Counted from the stretch's first letter, positions 39,601 through 53,700 are shown. The stretch is 64,000 bases of DNA from Bugula neritina (GCA_964035545.1 OZ037765.1:31061504-31125503), one strand, 5' to 3'. The notes: generated by a model from the sequence alone, not told the origin. Numbers and translations: made by a program.

Positions 39601-42600
39601 TAGGTTATGTTGTGTGTTGTACTATGTTGCACTGTATATTATATAATATATAGTTACAGATATATTATTACTTCTCTGTACGTACATGCATTTATATGTG
39701 AAGCTCTCTGTTTAGTGTTCAGTATTATACTGTATCACATTATATTGTATATTACACTATGTTCTACTATATTACATTGTATAATATATATGTTATGCTG
39801 TATTATATTGTATATATATGTGTGTTATACTGTATTATATTGTAGATGTATATGTTATACTGTATTATATTGTAGATGTATATCTGCCCACTAGTAATGG
39901 TGTAGAAGACACATGCCTGAGAGGCATTTCCTCCAACATAACTGTAGGGGACTGTGGCAGGGGCCTCCTCAGTAAATATAAATATGTGTTTATACTGGGG
40001 CAGCTGTTGCATGGTGCTGGGGCTACACCACTCTATACTCTGGGGGTGTCATACCTTGATGATAACCTGCTACCCAATGCCACATCACTCTATGTAGGTA
40101 AGTACACCTCACTATATGTAGGTAAATACACCTCACTATATGTAGGTAAGTACACCTTACTATATGTAGGTAAGTACACCTCACTATATGTAGGTAAGTA
40201 CACCTCACTATGTAGGTAAGTACACCTTAATATATGTAGGTAAGTACACCTCACTATGTAGGTAAGTACACCTCCCTCTATGTAGGTAAGTACAGTATGT
40301 AAGTGCAGGGTCAACTGAATTAAATATTCACCAGCTGCTACTCATAAGATTAGATGCAAATAGACTCATGCTATGTGCGACATTTACATGTTGTATGACT
40401 ATTGGAAGTGTATTTGCTGGATATAAATATTTATACTATTGTGGAAAACGGAATTCATTCCGTGACCGATAATCTACAAGCTGTTGGTGGTTTGCTGATA
40501 TTTCTTCCCCTTTCCAAGTTTTCTCCCCAGAAATTCATTGGAGACATCATGCACTGAAAAGTTTGGACTAGATCTTTCAGGCACCTTAGATGAGAATTCT
40601 AGTAGAAATAGTTTGATGGTGTGAGTTTGACTTGTAGGAGTTGAGTTGAAGCACAGCGAATAGCTGGTTACCTGGTAAATGTTTGGCCTTCACCTCTACA
40701 GCTGCTTCATTCAACGCATTGTAGAGACTGGCTAGTCATGTGTTACTTTGCAGTGGCCTGATTTCATCTGTCTGTCTGTACTTTCTCAACTGTTGCACCA
40801 TCTGGGTGAAGATTTGGTGATCCAGCATGTCTGCTGAGCTACTCGTTTATGGCTTTATGTTTCAGCTTTGGGGTGGTTGTGCTTATATGATTATTTATAT
40901 ATTATGGACAGCAGTGTGAATTATACTGTTTGTAGACAGAGACAGCTAGTTTGTTTGCTGCCTCCAGTTATTTTGTGAATTATAACGTGATGACCAGATG
41001 TACAGTGTGTTGTGAATCTTCCTTCCACACTATTATATTAGCTGAGTCTTTTCATGTGAATGATACTAATGACTGTTTAAACTGCATCTTCTTATAAGTT
41101 AATGTACGAATAATTACGATGTATCAGGTAATAATTAACTTGATGTAAGCTTCGGGTTTGTAACAATTGATTCCAAATGCAAGGGTGGAAGTCTGCATAC
41201 TTCCATATGTTCCTACTGTATGATAATATGAGAGCACACTGGGCGGAGCTAATAGTGTAGGAGAGGTTTATTGTATTTTTTGTCTAGAAGGGCTGTATAT
41301 TTTAATATCTTATTAGTTTATTAACAATTTTAATTGTTTTTTTTAATTTAAATTGATTTTTCAATTAATATGCAATTAACGTCTTTTTAGCGATATTCTA
41401 TTCATTATCAATACTTGGACCAGCCGTTGGTTTTCTATTGGGTGGGATATTTCTCAACATTCACACAGATGCAGCTTCAATAGACACAGCAGCGTAAGTA
41501 GATTCTATGCTATCAGGATATTCTGGTAAATGTGAAGTAAGGAATGCAATGTCACACTAAGAAATACAATGGAAAGAATGTAGTGACTATTCATTTAATG
41601 AGAGAATTATTATGCACACTGAGATATGCTGAATAGATACAATTTCTTATCGCAATGTTATGCACACAGAAATAGCTAAATGAGTTGAATGTGTTATCAT
41701 TAGAATATGACATGCTAACTAGGAAGAAATGAATGTGTTAGTTCATATATGGTATATGGTCTGTACTATTAACTTATAAACTACAGCTAGTGTTTAGATT
41801 AGTTACTTTACAACATTTAGATGTTCTTATCAAGTCAAAATGTTGCTATAAACTTTTCACAAGTTGATGTTAGCTCAGTTGACAACTTAATTTGCTTTTG
41901 GTCTGATAAGTTGTATCATAAGCTCTAAATTTAACCACCATACTAAACAGGAAAAATCATTAATTTTCTTAAAATCTACTTCCTGCAATTACCAGTTATT
42001 AAAATTTTCATCAGATATAGTTTTTATAAACTTTTAAATTTTAAGAATGAGTTAAAATTTTGCAAGCAAAGACTGCATGTTGATACCCTTGTCTGTGTAT
42101 AGTCTACAGATCAGTACAGACAGTCCCAAGTGGGTCGGCGCGTGGTGGATTGGATTTATCTTCTCAGCTGCCATCAGCTTCATTGTGTCTCTCGTGTTGT
42201 GTGGATTCCCAAAGTACCTTCCTGGAAGACAATCTATCATGAGACTCAAGGTGACCTACTTACAGAGTGTCGTACCATGTGACAAGTTATCGTGTACCAT
42301 GTGACAAGTTATTGTGTACCATGTGACAAGTTATTGTGTACCATGTGACATGATATCGTGTATCATGTGACAAAGTATTGTGTGATATGGCAAGTGGTCC
42401 TACACATTGGTTCTTCCTTTTACTGTATTTTGTGTTTCATATCAGCATCTATGAGAGTATTGCTATAGAAACACTGGCTGTGTGGGTGTCGTGTCACAAC
42501 TTAATCTTTACAAAGTTTCCCAAACTTTTCTAACTTTCATATTAATTACTATAATCAACATGTTTAGAGTTTCCTAAATGGGTTTGAACTCTAAATTTCT

Positions 42601-45600
42601 CAAAAACAACTGGACTTTGTTTTTTGCTGTCACCACATGGAATAGTTTACATCCTGGTAGTTGTCATTATGATTACCCTGTTTTATGTATTTAGTCAGTG
42701 TCACTGTTAAGGGGGGGGGGGGCACAACCTTCCCCGCAATGGCAAACTGGTAACTCAAGCTAATGACTGTATGATGGGTGTTTAGGTGTCGGAAGCTCAT
42801 GCAGGCGGGGCTTCCGGAGCTTTTACAGGAAGTCCAAGAGAGTTTCCGGGGATGTTGAAAAAGTTGCTGCTTAACCCAACGTTTATTTTTGTGTCCGTGG
42901 CTGGTACAATGGAAGGTTAGTTCCACCTCGTCTCTTATATGTAGTCACTGTGTTAGTATTACCTTGTATCTTACATGTAGTCACTGTGTTAGTATTACCT
43001 TGTATCTTATATGTAGTCACTGTGTTAACTCTACCTTGTATCTTATATGTAGTCACTGTGTTAACTCTACCTTGTATCTTACATGTAGTCACTGTGTTAA
43101 CTCTACCTTGTATCTTATATGTAGTCACTGTGTTAACTCTACCTTGTATCTTACATGTAGTCACTGTGTTAACTCTACCTTGTATCTTATATGTAGTCAC
43201 ATGTGGTGTGGCATGTTTCAGGCCTCATACTCAGTGGCTTTGCTACGTTTGGACCCAAGTTTGTCCAGAACCAGTTCTCTGTATCTGCTGGTAAAGCTTC
43301 TCTCATTGTTGGTAAGTTTGTCTGTCTGTGTGTCCACAGCTAGTTACTTGCATCTGTTACCTGCCCGTTGATGAACTAATTGAACAAGTTTAACAAACAA
43401 GTTGTTCTGTGCTGTATATTATTTCAGGTGGTTGGTCACTTACAGTAAAAATACTTGAAGTCTCAAGTATTTGTTTATTATTCGATGATTCATAGCTGAA
43501 GGTTTTGCATATTCTAGAAATTTTCTGCTTTTTAATATTCAACACTATAATTCTGTACAACATTTATATGTATATGAATATATAATTATATATCTACTGT
43601 TAGATTTTAGTCTGTTTTGTCTATTAATTGCTGACAAGCTGTTGTTACTTGTCACTTCTGGCCGGGTGTTACACACTAAAGTTTGTCACTTTGAACAGGT
43701 GCTATAGCAGTGCCAGCTGGCGGCGGAGGGACGTTCTTTGGTGGTTGGATTATTAAACACAAAGACCTGAAGTTAAAGAGTATTGTAAAACTGTGTGCTG
43801 TGTTTGCAGCCATATCCTTCTTCCTATGCCTAGGCTATCTCATACAGTGTAACAGCTCCAAGTTTGCTGGAGTTAACCACCCCTACATGGGCGAGTAAGT
43901 CTTACCAACAATGTGTGTGTTGACTGAGTTTTTAGATAAAATTTAGTCATTTTATTGTAATTACAGCTGTTGAAGCTTATGTCAGTTGAGGAAGTATAGA
44001 TTAGAAGTCCATTTTTATTATCACGCCCTGTACATGCTGACTATATGTGCTGCCTGCAGGTCTACTATAAGTCTGAACGCCACGTGCAATGCCGGCTGTT
44101 TCTGCTCACCCACCATGTACAACCCCGTGTGTGGAGCTGACCAAGTCATCTACTACTCTCCCTGCCACGCTGGCTGCACTGGAGCCGGCATTTCTATACC
44201 CTCAGAAGGCAAGGTTAGGCGGCATTTCCACCCTTTCTTTTACATGTTTTGTACACAGTTTAGGGCTATATCTTTTCTATATGGTTTATGCTCTTCTTAA
44301 TCCTCTTTGGTTTACTGGTTTAACCTTTTCTATTGGTGATAGGACACAGCGAAGGTAACTAGCCATTGTCCTGTACTTACTGCACCCTCTGTATAAGATT
44401 AGTAACTGCTATTGCTTGCTTGGCCACTAGCACTTGTAGTAACTCTACTGGTAATATTGTGCTACTAATACTAATACCTATCTACCTGTTGGTAATATTA
44501 CTGCTAATAAATATATTATTGCTAATACTACTATTAATTTTTCTACTACCAATACTACTAAAAACACTACTATTAATACTACTAATACTAATTTGACTAA
44601 TACTTCTACTACTAATACTAATACTAATTTGACTAATACTTCTACTACTAATACTAATACTAATATGACTAATGCTTCTAATACTTCTAATACTAATACT
44701 ACTAATACTAATACTACTACTTCTACTACTAATACTAATATTACTAATACTAATACTACTAATACTTCTACTACTAATGCTATTGCAGCAAATTTTGTAA
44801 TGTGTGCTACTGCGATGTTTTAGTTAGCTTCCAGCAACACCTACACTGGCCAACATTTGTTCAGCCTGCATTCTATCTGCTTAATAATTAAAATATTGTC
44901 ATAACAATTCTCATATTTCTACACATATGGTTGACTGGGTGACCCAATATTTATGTAAAATAATCTTTCATATGATTGTAGCAATAATAACATTGTTCTA
45001 GTATTCATATTTAAGGGCGTTTCTGCTGCCCCTACCTTCATGTGTTTATATCTGTTTGCTTACAAGTAGTGTAATCAGTTTAATTGAGTTTGCATTAAAA
45101 GTGTGTTAAGTGCTCTGTCAGGGGGAGGGAGGTGCTGGGATTGCTTTTCTTTCAGCTACAAGGAATGTCCATTAAGAACTGACTTTTTTAGGGATTCATG
45201 TTTTCCTGTATGCAGTATTTTAGCTGTTTAAATGATGAAAAACACCATAAAGCTCAATTTATTAGCTTAAAAATGTTTAACTTGATTTTATGGAAGAAAT
45301 TGATATTAGGAAGTTACGCATGCATAAAGGTTGTTGTAACAGTCAAAGTGAGGGGGGTACATAGCACCCTCCCATACTACTCTCTACACTGACTCATGCT
45401 ACATTTACTAATGGTTTTGAGCAATTAATTATAGTTGGTGTTAATGGATCACACTAAGTGGCCTCCTTGGCTCTCATTTCCTGTTTGCCTCTTCATTCCA
45501 GAATCTAGTGCAATGATGTCTTGTAAAAAAGTATAATTGCTGCTATATTTAATACACTATATCTGGCAGTGTTGTTAAGTCCCTGTAGTGTTTTATATGT

Positions 45601-48600
45601 AAACACAGCTCACTACGTAGCTTGTTGAGTATTTAAATGATATAATGAGTTTAATGCATGTATTTAACTGATGTTATGCTACTTGATAAATAATATAATA
45701 AATTTATTAATAGCTGTTCCACTTCAGGACTGCATCACAATTAGAGTTTTAATTACTTTATAATTAGAGTAATTAGATGCCTGCTGCCCAGTTATATTTT
45801 ACTACATATGAAGGTTTTATACTATTCAGCTTTTACAATTTATCATAGTTTTGAGAATGCTTCTAGCAAGGTCATTTAAAATGGAAGACTACTCAAAAAG
45901 CTTTAAAAATTTTGAAGTTTTGACACCTTGAAGAATTGGACACCATTCCTTTTGAAGTGAAACATAAATGCTAACTTATTAACTTTACATTGAAGCCCCC
46001 ATTTCTTCTTACAACTATTACATTATCTACTTATTTACTTACATTATCTATGTACTATCTGTGACATTATTTATTTACATCAACTACTTTATATGCCTTC
46101 CTGAACTTCCTTGTTTGACATGGGAAATCTGCTAGCAGGTTGTCAAAGCTGACAATTTTTAGTTACCACAAGCAGTTGCTAAGTGATGCGCTCAACCTTT
46201 GGCCATTAGTCACCTTGTCATGCTCAGTAGCTGCATATTTAATATCAGCTACATTGCTTTACCCATTGTCTTAGCAAGTGTTTCCAAATATTCATTAACC
46301 TTGCCAACTTATGCTTGGCAAAGCTGTTCATTGAATTTGTTGATAATTTATTTTGATACATGGTTTAAGATTCTATTTCAAGTTGATATTTTATTCGACT
46401 TGTAAATAAATTGCATTATGTCTGAAAGGGTTGAGGTCTTAATAGTTGTCCGAAATATTATAGTTGTGTTGTATAAATTGTAAAATATACACCTGCTATT
46501 ACCTGTTTTTGCTGAACCACAAATGTGCGTGTATCACACTGTGCTTTGCTTGTATTACACTGTGCTTGTATTACACTGTGCTTTGCTTGTATTACACTGT
46601 GCTTGTATCACACTGTGCCGTGTATTACACTGTGCCTGTATTACACTGTGCTTGTATTACACTGTGCTTGTATTACACTGTGCTTGTATTACACTGTGCT
46701 TGTATTACACTGTACTGTGTATTACAGTTGTATGCGAACTGCTCGTGTATCGAGGACAAGTATGTACTGGATGTGGGGGCAGGCAGTCAAGTTCAGGAGG
46801 GTCAGTGTACTAGCAGCTGTCAGCTCTTGCCTGTATTCCTCCTTTTCTTCTTCGGAGTTACTGTGTTTACATTTCTAGCCAGCATACCTGCTCTGTCTGC
46901 CATACTACGGTGAGTTCTTCAACCTGCTGTCTATTGTCATCATGTGACACACTTTGTACTGCAATGGGACAGTTAGTTTTAAGTTCCTGGTAAACAGGTG
47001 TGTCATGTCCAACACAATATTTCTACTCATTGTAATATTTGCAAAGCTTACTCTGTAAGTTTTCTTTCTAACTTTACTGGGATTTTTGTATTTATATAAT
47101 TTGCTGAAAGTATTTGTCTCAACATCAGAAAAGCATCTTGATATTAGCAGTAAGTGGATATATTATATGACTCATCTGCATTCAGTAATGTATATATAAA
47201 CCCTGTATATTTTTATGACAATGTTATTAAAATGCAATTTATCTGTAGGAGTGTTCCTGAATATCAAAAGTCGTTTGCTCTTGGAATTCAGTGGCTAATA
47301 GTGAGAGCATTTGGTAAGCTTTCTCTACAATGATCTAAAATACAAAGACCAAGTTAGTTGTATAATATTGTATAGTGTGGAGTTATCTGATTAACTGCAA
47401 TTGAGAAGATAACTCTAAAACTAGTAGTTCACGATTCTTCTGTTTAGGCCATGCATTATGTTGTCTTTTATGACTGAACAAGTCAATTAATCAAAAGCTT
47501 AAGCTTTAATAGAAATTATTTGTTGTTGCAACATTATTCAGATAATTTGGTGTGATTCTGCCTTCTAACTAATGCAGTGATTATTGATTGTTGGTGTAAA
47601 TCGTTAAAAATCTATCAAAACTAACTATATTAGTCATTTTTATTTACTTTACGAAAGCAAATCCATACTCAAGTAATTTAACAGCTACAAGAACAATATT
47701 TAAGTGGTTTTCAAGTCTCTCAAATATAAATAACCTTGCTCATGATTCCAGTATTGCAAAGAGTGTTCGACTTTTAAAAAGGTGATTTCACTTTATAAAA
47801 CAATTTACGAGCTCACAGTGTGCAGATTGAACAGTAAGAAAAACTTTCAACTTAATACAACTCCATGTTTTAATTTCAGAGCAAGCTAATTTTAGGATCG
47901 ATAAAATTGTTTGAGAGAAATTTCTAATTATTTAAAAAAAAGTTGCAGTACATCATGACGAATAAAAAATTAACTATTTTTGCTAAATTTTGATGTGGCA
48001 TTAGCATAAAATTTTGTCCAACCTACAACTAAGTAGGATTACTGATAGTAAATAGTAAAGGGAAAGTGTATAGCAAGGTGTTTATTCCACAAAATCAAAT
48101 TTCTTAGCCTTTTATCTTGAAAGTTTATAGTATTACAGTAGATTGATGAGTTTTTCTCAGTTTTTGGAGTTGTCTTTCCGATGTTTTAAAAAGCTGGCTA
48201 TATTGCAGGCACCATACCAGCTGCTCCTATCATTGGGAGAATAATAGACTACTCATGTGTGCTCTGGCAAGATGACTGTGGAGTCAATGGTTCCTGCTAT
48301 GCTTACAATAATAAAAGAATGGGTATGTTTATCACTGCCCGTTTCACATAGCATAGCCGTAGAGTATCACACTACTGTTTCGCATAGCATAGCCCTAGAG
48401 TATTACACATAGCATAGCCTTAGGGCCTAGAGTATTACACTTGTGTATGTTGCAGGAATATACCTCATGTCAGCAGGCCTGATTGTTAAGTTCTTCTCAG
48501 TGCTATTCTTGGTGCTCACATACGTCGTCTATAAACCCCCAGAGGAGCCGAGACCAAACCCAGCTGTCCTCTCAACTGAAGTTGTATGTTAATAGAAACT

Positions 48601-49102
48601 TTCTTCTCAATCTGTATGCTGTGTGTATGTGCTGTTATAGAGCAGTAATTCTCGTTACACGGTTGTTTTCTTTATCTTGGATTACAAAAATTTCTTATGT
48701 TTGTGATAGAACTTCTGTAATTATACAGGTATTTGCGTATGATGATTGTCAAACAATTATTCCGTAGGGCCTACAGTTACTTTTACGTAAAATTGCAATA
48801 GCTTTCGAAGAAACTTGAATAGTTTTACCTAATATCTTGGTTGTGCATATAGTTAAGGTTTTGTTTTCAAAATGCATTTGTCATATTTTGATAGTGTACA
48901 GTATGAAAAGCTTAAGATTTCATGGAACTCCATTTGAGTTCAGATTACAATTATGCTCTGTATACTGCCAATACTTAATTTTTTATAAACTATTTGTTTG
49001 GAGAGAGTAGTCTATATTTACTTTGTTGTGTCGTCGTAGGATTTCATGACCACCCAAGAAGACATACGAGCTGCTGTAAATTCTGAGACCACTGAGCTCT
49101 AG
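36691..49102 (+). CDS. SLCO/OATP transporter, paralogue B (OATP4-like, 14 coding exons)
   Basis: Exons are 36691-37119, 38058-38292, 39876-40097, ~41391-41494, ~42103-42250, ~42786-42915, ~43222-43311, ~43699-43894, ~44060-44213, 46728-46909, ~47249-47312, ~48209-48322, ~48456-48583 and ~49040-49102. Motifs: CGWGPFSP, QGMIVNGF..ISTLERRFDLKSSETGIIASGYD, GQLLHGAGATPLYTLGVSYLDDN, WVGAWWIGF, YNPVCG..YYSPCHAGC and KSFALGIQW. Resembles SLCO4A1/4C1. Ends ..SETTEL*. Confidence 0.93.
40081..40292 (+). repeat. 22-24-bp tandem array of the exon-3 splice donor of SLCO-B (9 copies)
   Basis: Unit GTAAGTACACCTCACTATATGTAG. GT donors at 40098, 40122, 40146, 40170, 40194, 40216, 40240, 40262 and 40286. Confidence 0.95.
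42270..42390. repeat. 21-bp minisatellite just 3' of a SLCO-B donor
   Basis: Unit tgtaccatgtgacaagttatt/cg, ~5 copies. Confidence 0.9.
42930..43200. repeat. 36-bp minisatellite filling most of a SLCO-B intron
   Basis: Unit cttatatgtagtcactgtgttaactctaccttgtat, ~7.5 copies. It explains ORFs 42883, 42889 and 42950. Confidence 0.95.
44460..44780. repeat. (ACTAAT)n-like low-complexity tract
   Basis: Direct. It explains the T/N-rich ORF 44593. Confidence 0.9.
46530..46727. repeat. 16-bp minisatellite (TGTATTACACTGTGCT)n ending at a SLCO-B acceptor
   Basis: The last unit variant tgtattacag supplies the AG at 46726-46727. Confidence 0.93.
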
Positions 49103-50714
49103 CCGAGCGCCGCAGTACCTCTAGACTATCTACTGTTTATGTTATACTATGCATGCTACAGAATGGTGCTCTACCGGCTAACCTTGGCCCTTCACTACTT
49201 CAGCCTTTAGCCCTCGCAGAATGGCTGCTCTGATATATTATTGTTAAGTTTGTTAAAGTTATATTTTAGCTATTTCATTTAAAATACTCTAAATATTATA
49301 TATTGAGATATATATAATAAATCTTTACTTTTTATTAAATTATGTAATTAATTGTTATACTCAATTTATGCATGAAGTTGTCCACTCATTACTTGCCATG
49401 ACTATTGTATTCATTTACCATGCAAATACTCTATGCTTCAGTTAGCTAATGGCACAAGCTGAGCTACTATAAATCTTTAATCATGCTGCGTTTTCAGTAG
49501 CATAGCTGAATTCGGAAAAGTATTGATGATTTAAATTGGGAACACTGGTATATTAAAAGGAAAGTACTTTTTTATAGAATGTAATACCTGTTACATTGCA
49601 TGTTGGATTTTTGGCCATATTGTTGTTTTTAAAGAGACTAAATGCCAACTTCCATATTTTAGCTGCTATCTTGATTTAAATTTTCTCAAAAGCTTCCCGT
49701 GTAAGCTATGCGTCTCATCCTTTTCTTGATCCCATATTTTCATAACATTGGTTATAGTAAAATATTTAGATAGAATTTTTCCAAATGAAGTCTTTGGAAA
49801 TGCTGTTGTATATTTTGAGCAGTACTGTTATTGTATATAGTGTTCATTTTATTGTTGTTATATAAATCAAATGCCATTATTGTTTCTATGAAAAAAATCG
49901 TGCTGTTGCGTTTTTATTTTTACATTTGTCACTTGATCTGTTGTTTTTTGCCGGTTTTTCTTGTCAGTTTTTAAATTCTAATAATGCTGCTCAAGTCATT
50001 TGAGTTCATAATAAACTGTTTCTAAATCTATAAAAGAGTAAATTATAAATAAACAAGATAATAAATCATGGGTTTCAACTTTCTATAATAGTACACAAGG
50101 TAAGTATCAGTCGGAAATTATTTTATATAGATATTTTTAAGTTGTCACTCACGTTGAGCAAATGCCCAGATATACTAAAAAAAGTTTTGGCCCAATAGAA
50201 CAATGTTAAAACTACATGCAGGATAGGTTATATTACATGGTATAATCAAACTTTGATGCATGGTTTACAGTAGCTGCATTTACAAAACTTAGAATTAAAA
50301 TGCTGTACATAAAGAACATAAAATTTTGAATAATTCATTCAAGTGTGGACAGTTTTCAAAACTTTATGCTACCAGTTGAGCCAGGTGTTTGAATTAGCTA
50401 TTGAATCCCATATTTTACTAATGGTTTTGTTGGACCTCAAAATAACTTTTACTCCGTAATATTGATAATCTTAATCTAATTAGCAATTTATATATTTGTA
50501 CAATATAATACAGAAACTATTTACAAAAAAATGGGGATAAAATTTTAGCGGCACTGCTTCTTCAGCAGTTAATACAATAATGATCACTTAAAAAGGTGCA
50601 AAATTCAATTTAGCAACATCAAATTAATATCCTTAAACTATTTATTTTAGAGTATAATACTCTGTAGTGTACAAATTTGCCTATTCTTTAAAGGTTATTG
50701 AGGGAATTTTGTCA

Positions 50715-53700
50715 TTACAAAGATATATCGCTAAGTTCATCTTCCGCATCATTAAGAGCTCCGTTTACATACGCAGTGTTAGGTGTTTGGAGTTGTCTAC
50801 TCCTCCCACTGACTTTCCTACTGGAAGGTCTGCTATGATGGAGTGACGCAGAGTTTTTAACGCTTTTTACCTTCTCAGTGGAATGCTGACTAGGCAGCAG
50901 TGAGCTGGCTGTGAACATGGAGTACGTTGCCAGAGTCAGCTGTTCCAGCTGCGCAGTGTTAGTTAGACCAGCAGCTATAGAACTGTTAACACTACTTCGT
51001 CTGCTACTAGACACTGCATACTGTTCTGCTGGATCTTCGCACTCAAAACTTATATTGTGTGCAGAGGCATCGCTTATGCCTGTTGTCGAGGCATCACTTA
51101 GTCTCCGGTGTATGTGAGCTTTCACTTTGTCCATGCTAGTTCGACTAAGACCACTTCCACTCCTGAAGGAATAATACGAGTTTGAGTTGCACATATTAAC
51201 ACCGGAGTGGTTGCAACTGAGCAATATTATATATTAAAATAAATTTTAAACTCAGGTATATCAAGGATATAGTAGATAGTTACCCAGGCTAAAACTGAAA
51301 TAAAGGCAAAGTTACAGTTTTCTCAAATAGCAAGAGTTCTATCAAAACTTTATAGCATAAACTGACCATAAAATAAAACAATTTTGTTTCAAACCAGAAG
51401 TTAACAATGATAAGGCTGAATAAAACTCTACATCTAACATCTAGCAACCTCTTCAGCCGCTCAAAATGTATTAATAGGATAGATCAGAGCTTTCACCTTT
51501 TAGCATTGAAAGCAGCAATGTCAGCAGCAGTGACTCTGCCCGAATCCCTATGATCTCTACGCTGCCTACCACCCTTCCGTCTCCTCCTCTTTATAGCCTC
51601 AGCTCCACTCAACTGAGAATCAATAGATGCCCGTCTCGACGCTATTATAGATGATATGTCTACAGCAAAGGAACACAATCGTTAGAAGTTTATTCTGTGT
51701 GGAGTCACAGGTAACTGCAATATGAACTCATTAGTATACTAGTACTCCTAAATTATAATGCTATTCTTGATAGACATGCAAATTCAAATTTCCCAAATTA
51801 TTTTTTTATTTTTCTAGGTTAAACTATTCTGTATTAACTCATTCATGCATAACCACATATATGGTACTACCTTACATATATTATAATATAATAACCTATA
51901 TATAATACAACATATGTAATATAATATAATGCAATACAATATAAATTATAAAGTGAGATAACATATGTAATATAATATATGAAGATAATATAATGTAATA
52001 TAATATAATATACAGTAAAGCATGTGTTCACCAACCAGAGTCTGAGTATCTTCTAAGTGTACCGGCTACAGGAAGTGCAACGCCTCCTCGTCTTCGTACT
52101 AGGTTCGGCATTGCCTGCACCCAGTCAGATGACACATCTTGGGAGTTATAGCTGTCCATTTCAAGTTTCATGCCTGAAATAGACCTTATAAGGAATACAA
52201 AGAGTTTTATAATGCACACACAAAAATTTAAAGCAGTTTCTTTTATGGAAAGCTCAACAAACCTAGCTAAACATATTTTCAAACGCATGAGACTATTAAA
52301 GCAAGGGATGTGATGTATGTCATAGACCCACCAAGAGGATCGTCGTGAGACGTGTGGAAGTCTAATGATAACTTCCTTCCTTTTTTCTGCTGATTTTTCT
52401 GAAAAGCTAAGGCTATCATTCTATGTTTGCTCTTAAGTTTTACAGGCTTATTGGTTGGCATAGAAAGCAGTCTGAAGAGAGAGAAACAGTTGTCATAGTC
52501 GGCAGTCATTTGAGAGCATTTTAATTATATATATACTATTTTATTATATACTATTTTATTATATACTATTTTATTATATACTATTTTATTATATATTATT
52601 TCATTATAATTATAATATTTTATTATATATTATTTTATTATATATTATTTTATTATATACTATTTTATTATATATTATTTTATTATATAATATTTTATTA
52701 TATGTGAGATAGAGATGTCACTGCTAATGAGGCTGTGTATTGATGACACTGAATTTGAAGTATAAGCTATGATTAGGTATAAGCTATGACTAAAATACTT
52801 CTGAATGAAATGGTGAAAAGAGTTTTATTATAGATTAAATTTGAAAAAGCACCGATGTTACTAAACTAAAATAGTGACGTTTTGTCAATATAAATTTCTT
52901 ACTTTCTAAAAAACCTTAGCCATGTTTCCTTGCTGGCTTTAGTCCAACTCCACGAGCTCATCATAATCCCAGCCCCAAAGTAGGAGAATATATTCAGGTA
53001 TATAGTGGCTAGATTTGGTCTGTCTTTAAACTCACAAGTTGTATCATCATCCTGACGCAAGTCAAACTTGGCACTGGCTTTACAACTACAAACAGTCCAA
53101 TTATTACTAATAGTATACATGATGATTCCTCTATAGTTAATTGAGTTCAGTGATGACAATATTATGCAGTATTCTATAAAGGAATGTTTATGCAATCTCT
53201 TTAAAAAAACACGATTCATAATGAACTCGTATAATATAGTAGTCTAAATCTATTTTTGCATACAAGATAATTTTGTTGACTATTTCAGTTTTGTTTTAAA
53301 TAAACGGAATGAGGGCGATAATTTAGCATTATTGTCAACTTTTGGAGTTACCTTTTCTTAAAATAATAAAATTATTGTGCCTACAGCTGAATTATCTTGG
53401 TAAATTATTATACCCATACTACTTTTAGAAAATATTTATGTTTCATTTAAAATGTTTTCAATAGACCTCTAAGGTTGACGGCTACTTACATAGTATAAGT
53501 TTTAAAGCTTTTCTCCCAGAGATCTTTATGATTGAAATCATAGATATGAATAATCAATGTAAGAGTGACAAATATAAATGCCAGAGTTGAAAATATACCT
53601 GAAAGAGAAAACAATACAACATATTATAATGAGTAGACAATATTTAATTGATAAAATATAAGAACTACCCTCATGTACACAACAAAAAGTTTGTTTAAAA

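Noticed and set aside
39000-40860. GC-richer intronic blocks (39000-39410, 40560-40860) resembling decayed coding or TE sequence
   Set aside because: Several stops and no motif I can identify with confidence. A repeat-library search is needed.
40081-43200. CRISPR-like appearance of the 24-36-bp repeats
   Set aside because: Units are contiguous with no unique spacers, there are no cas genes, and the context is eukaryotic intron.
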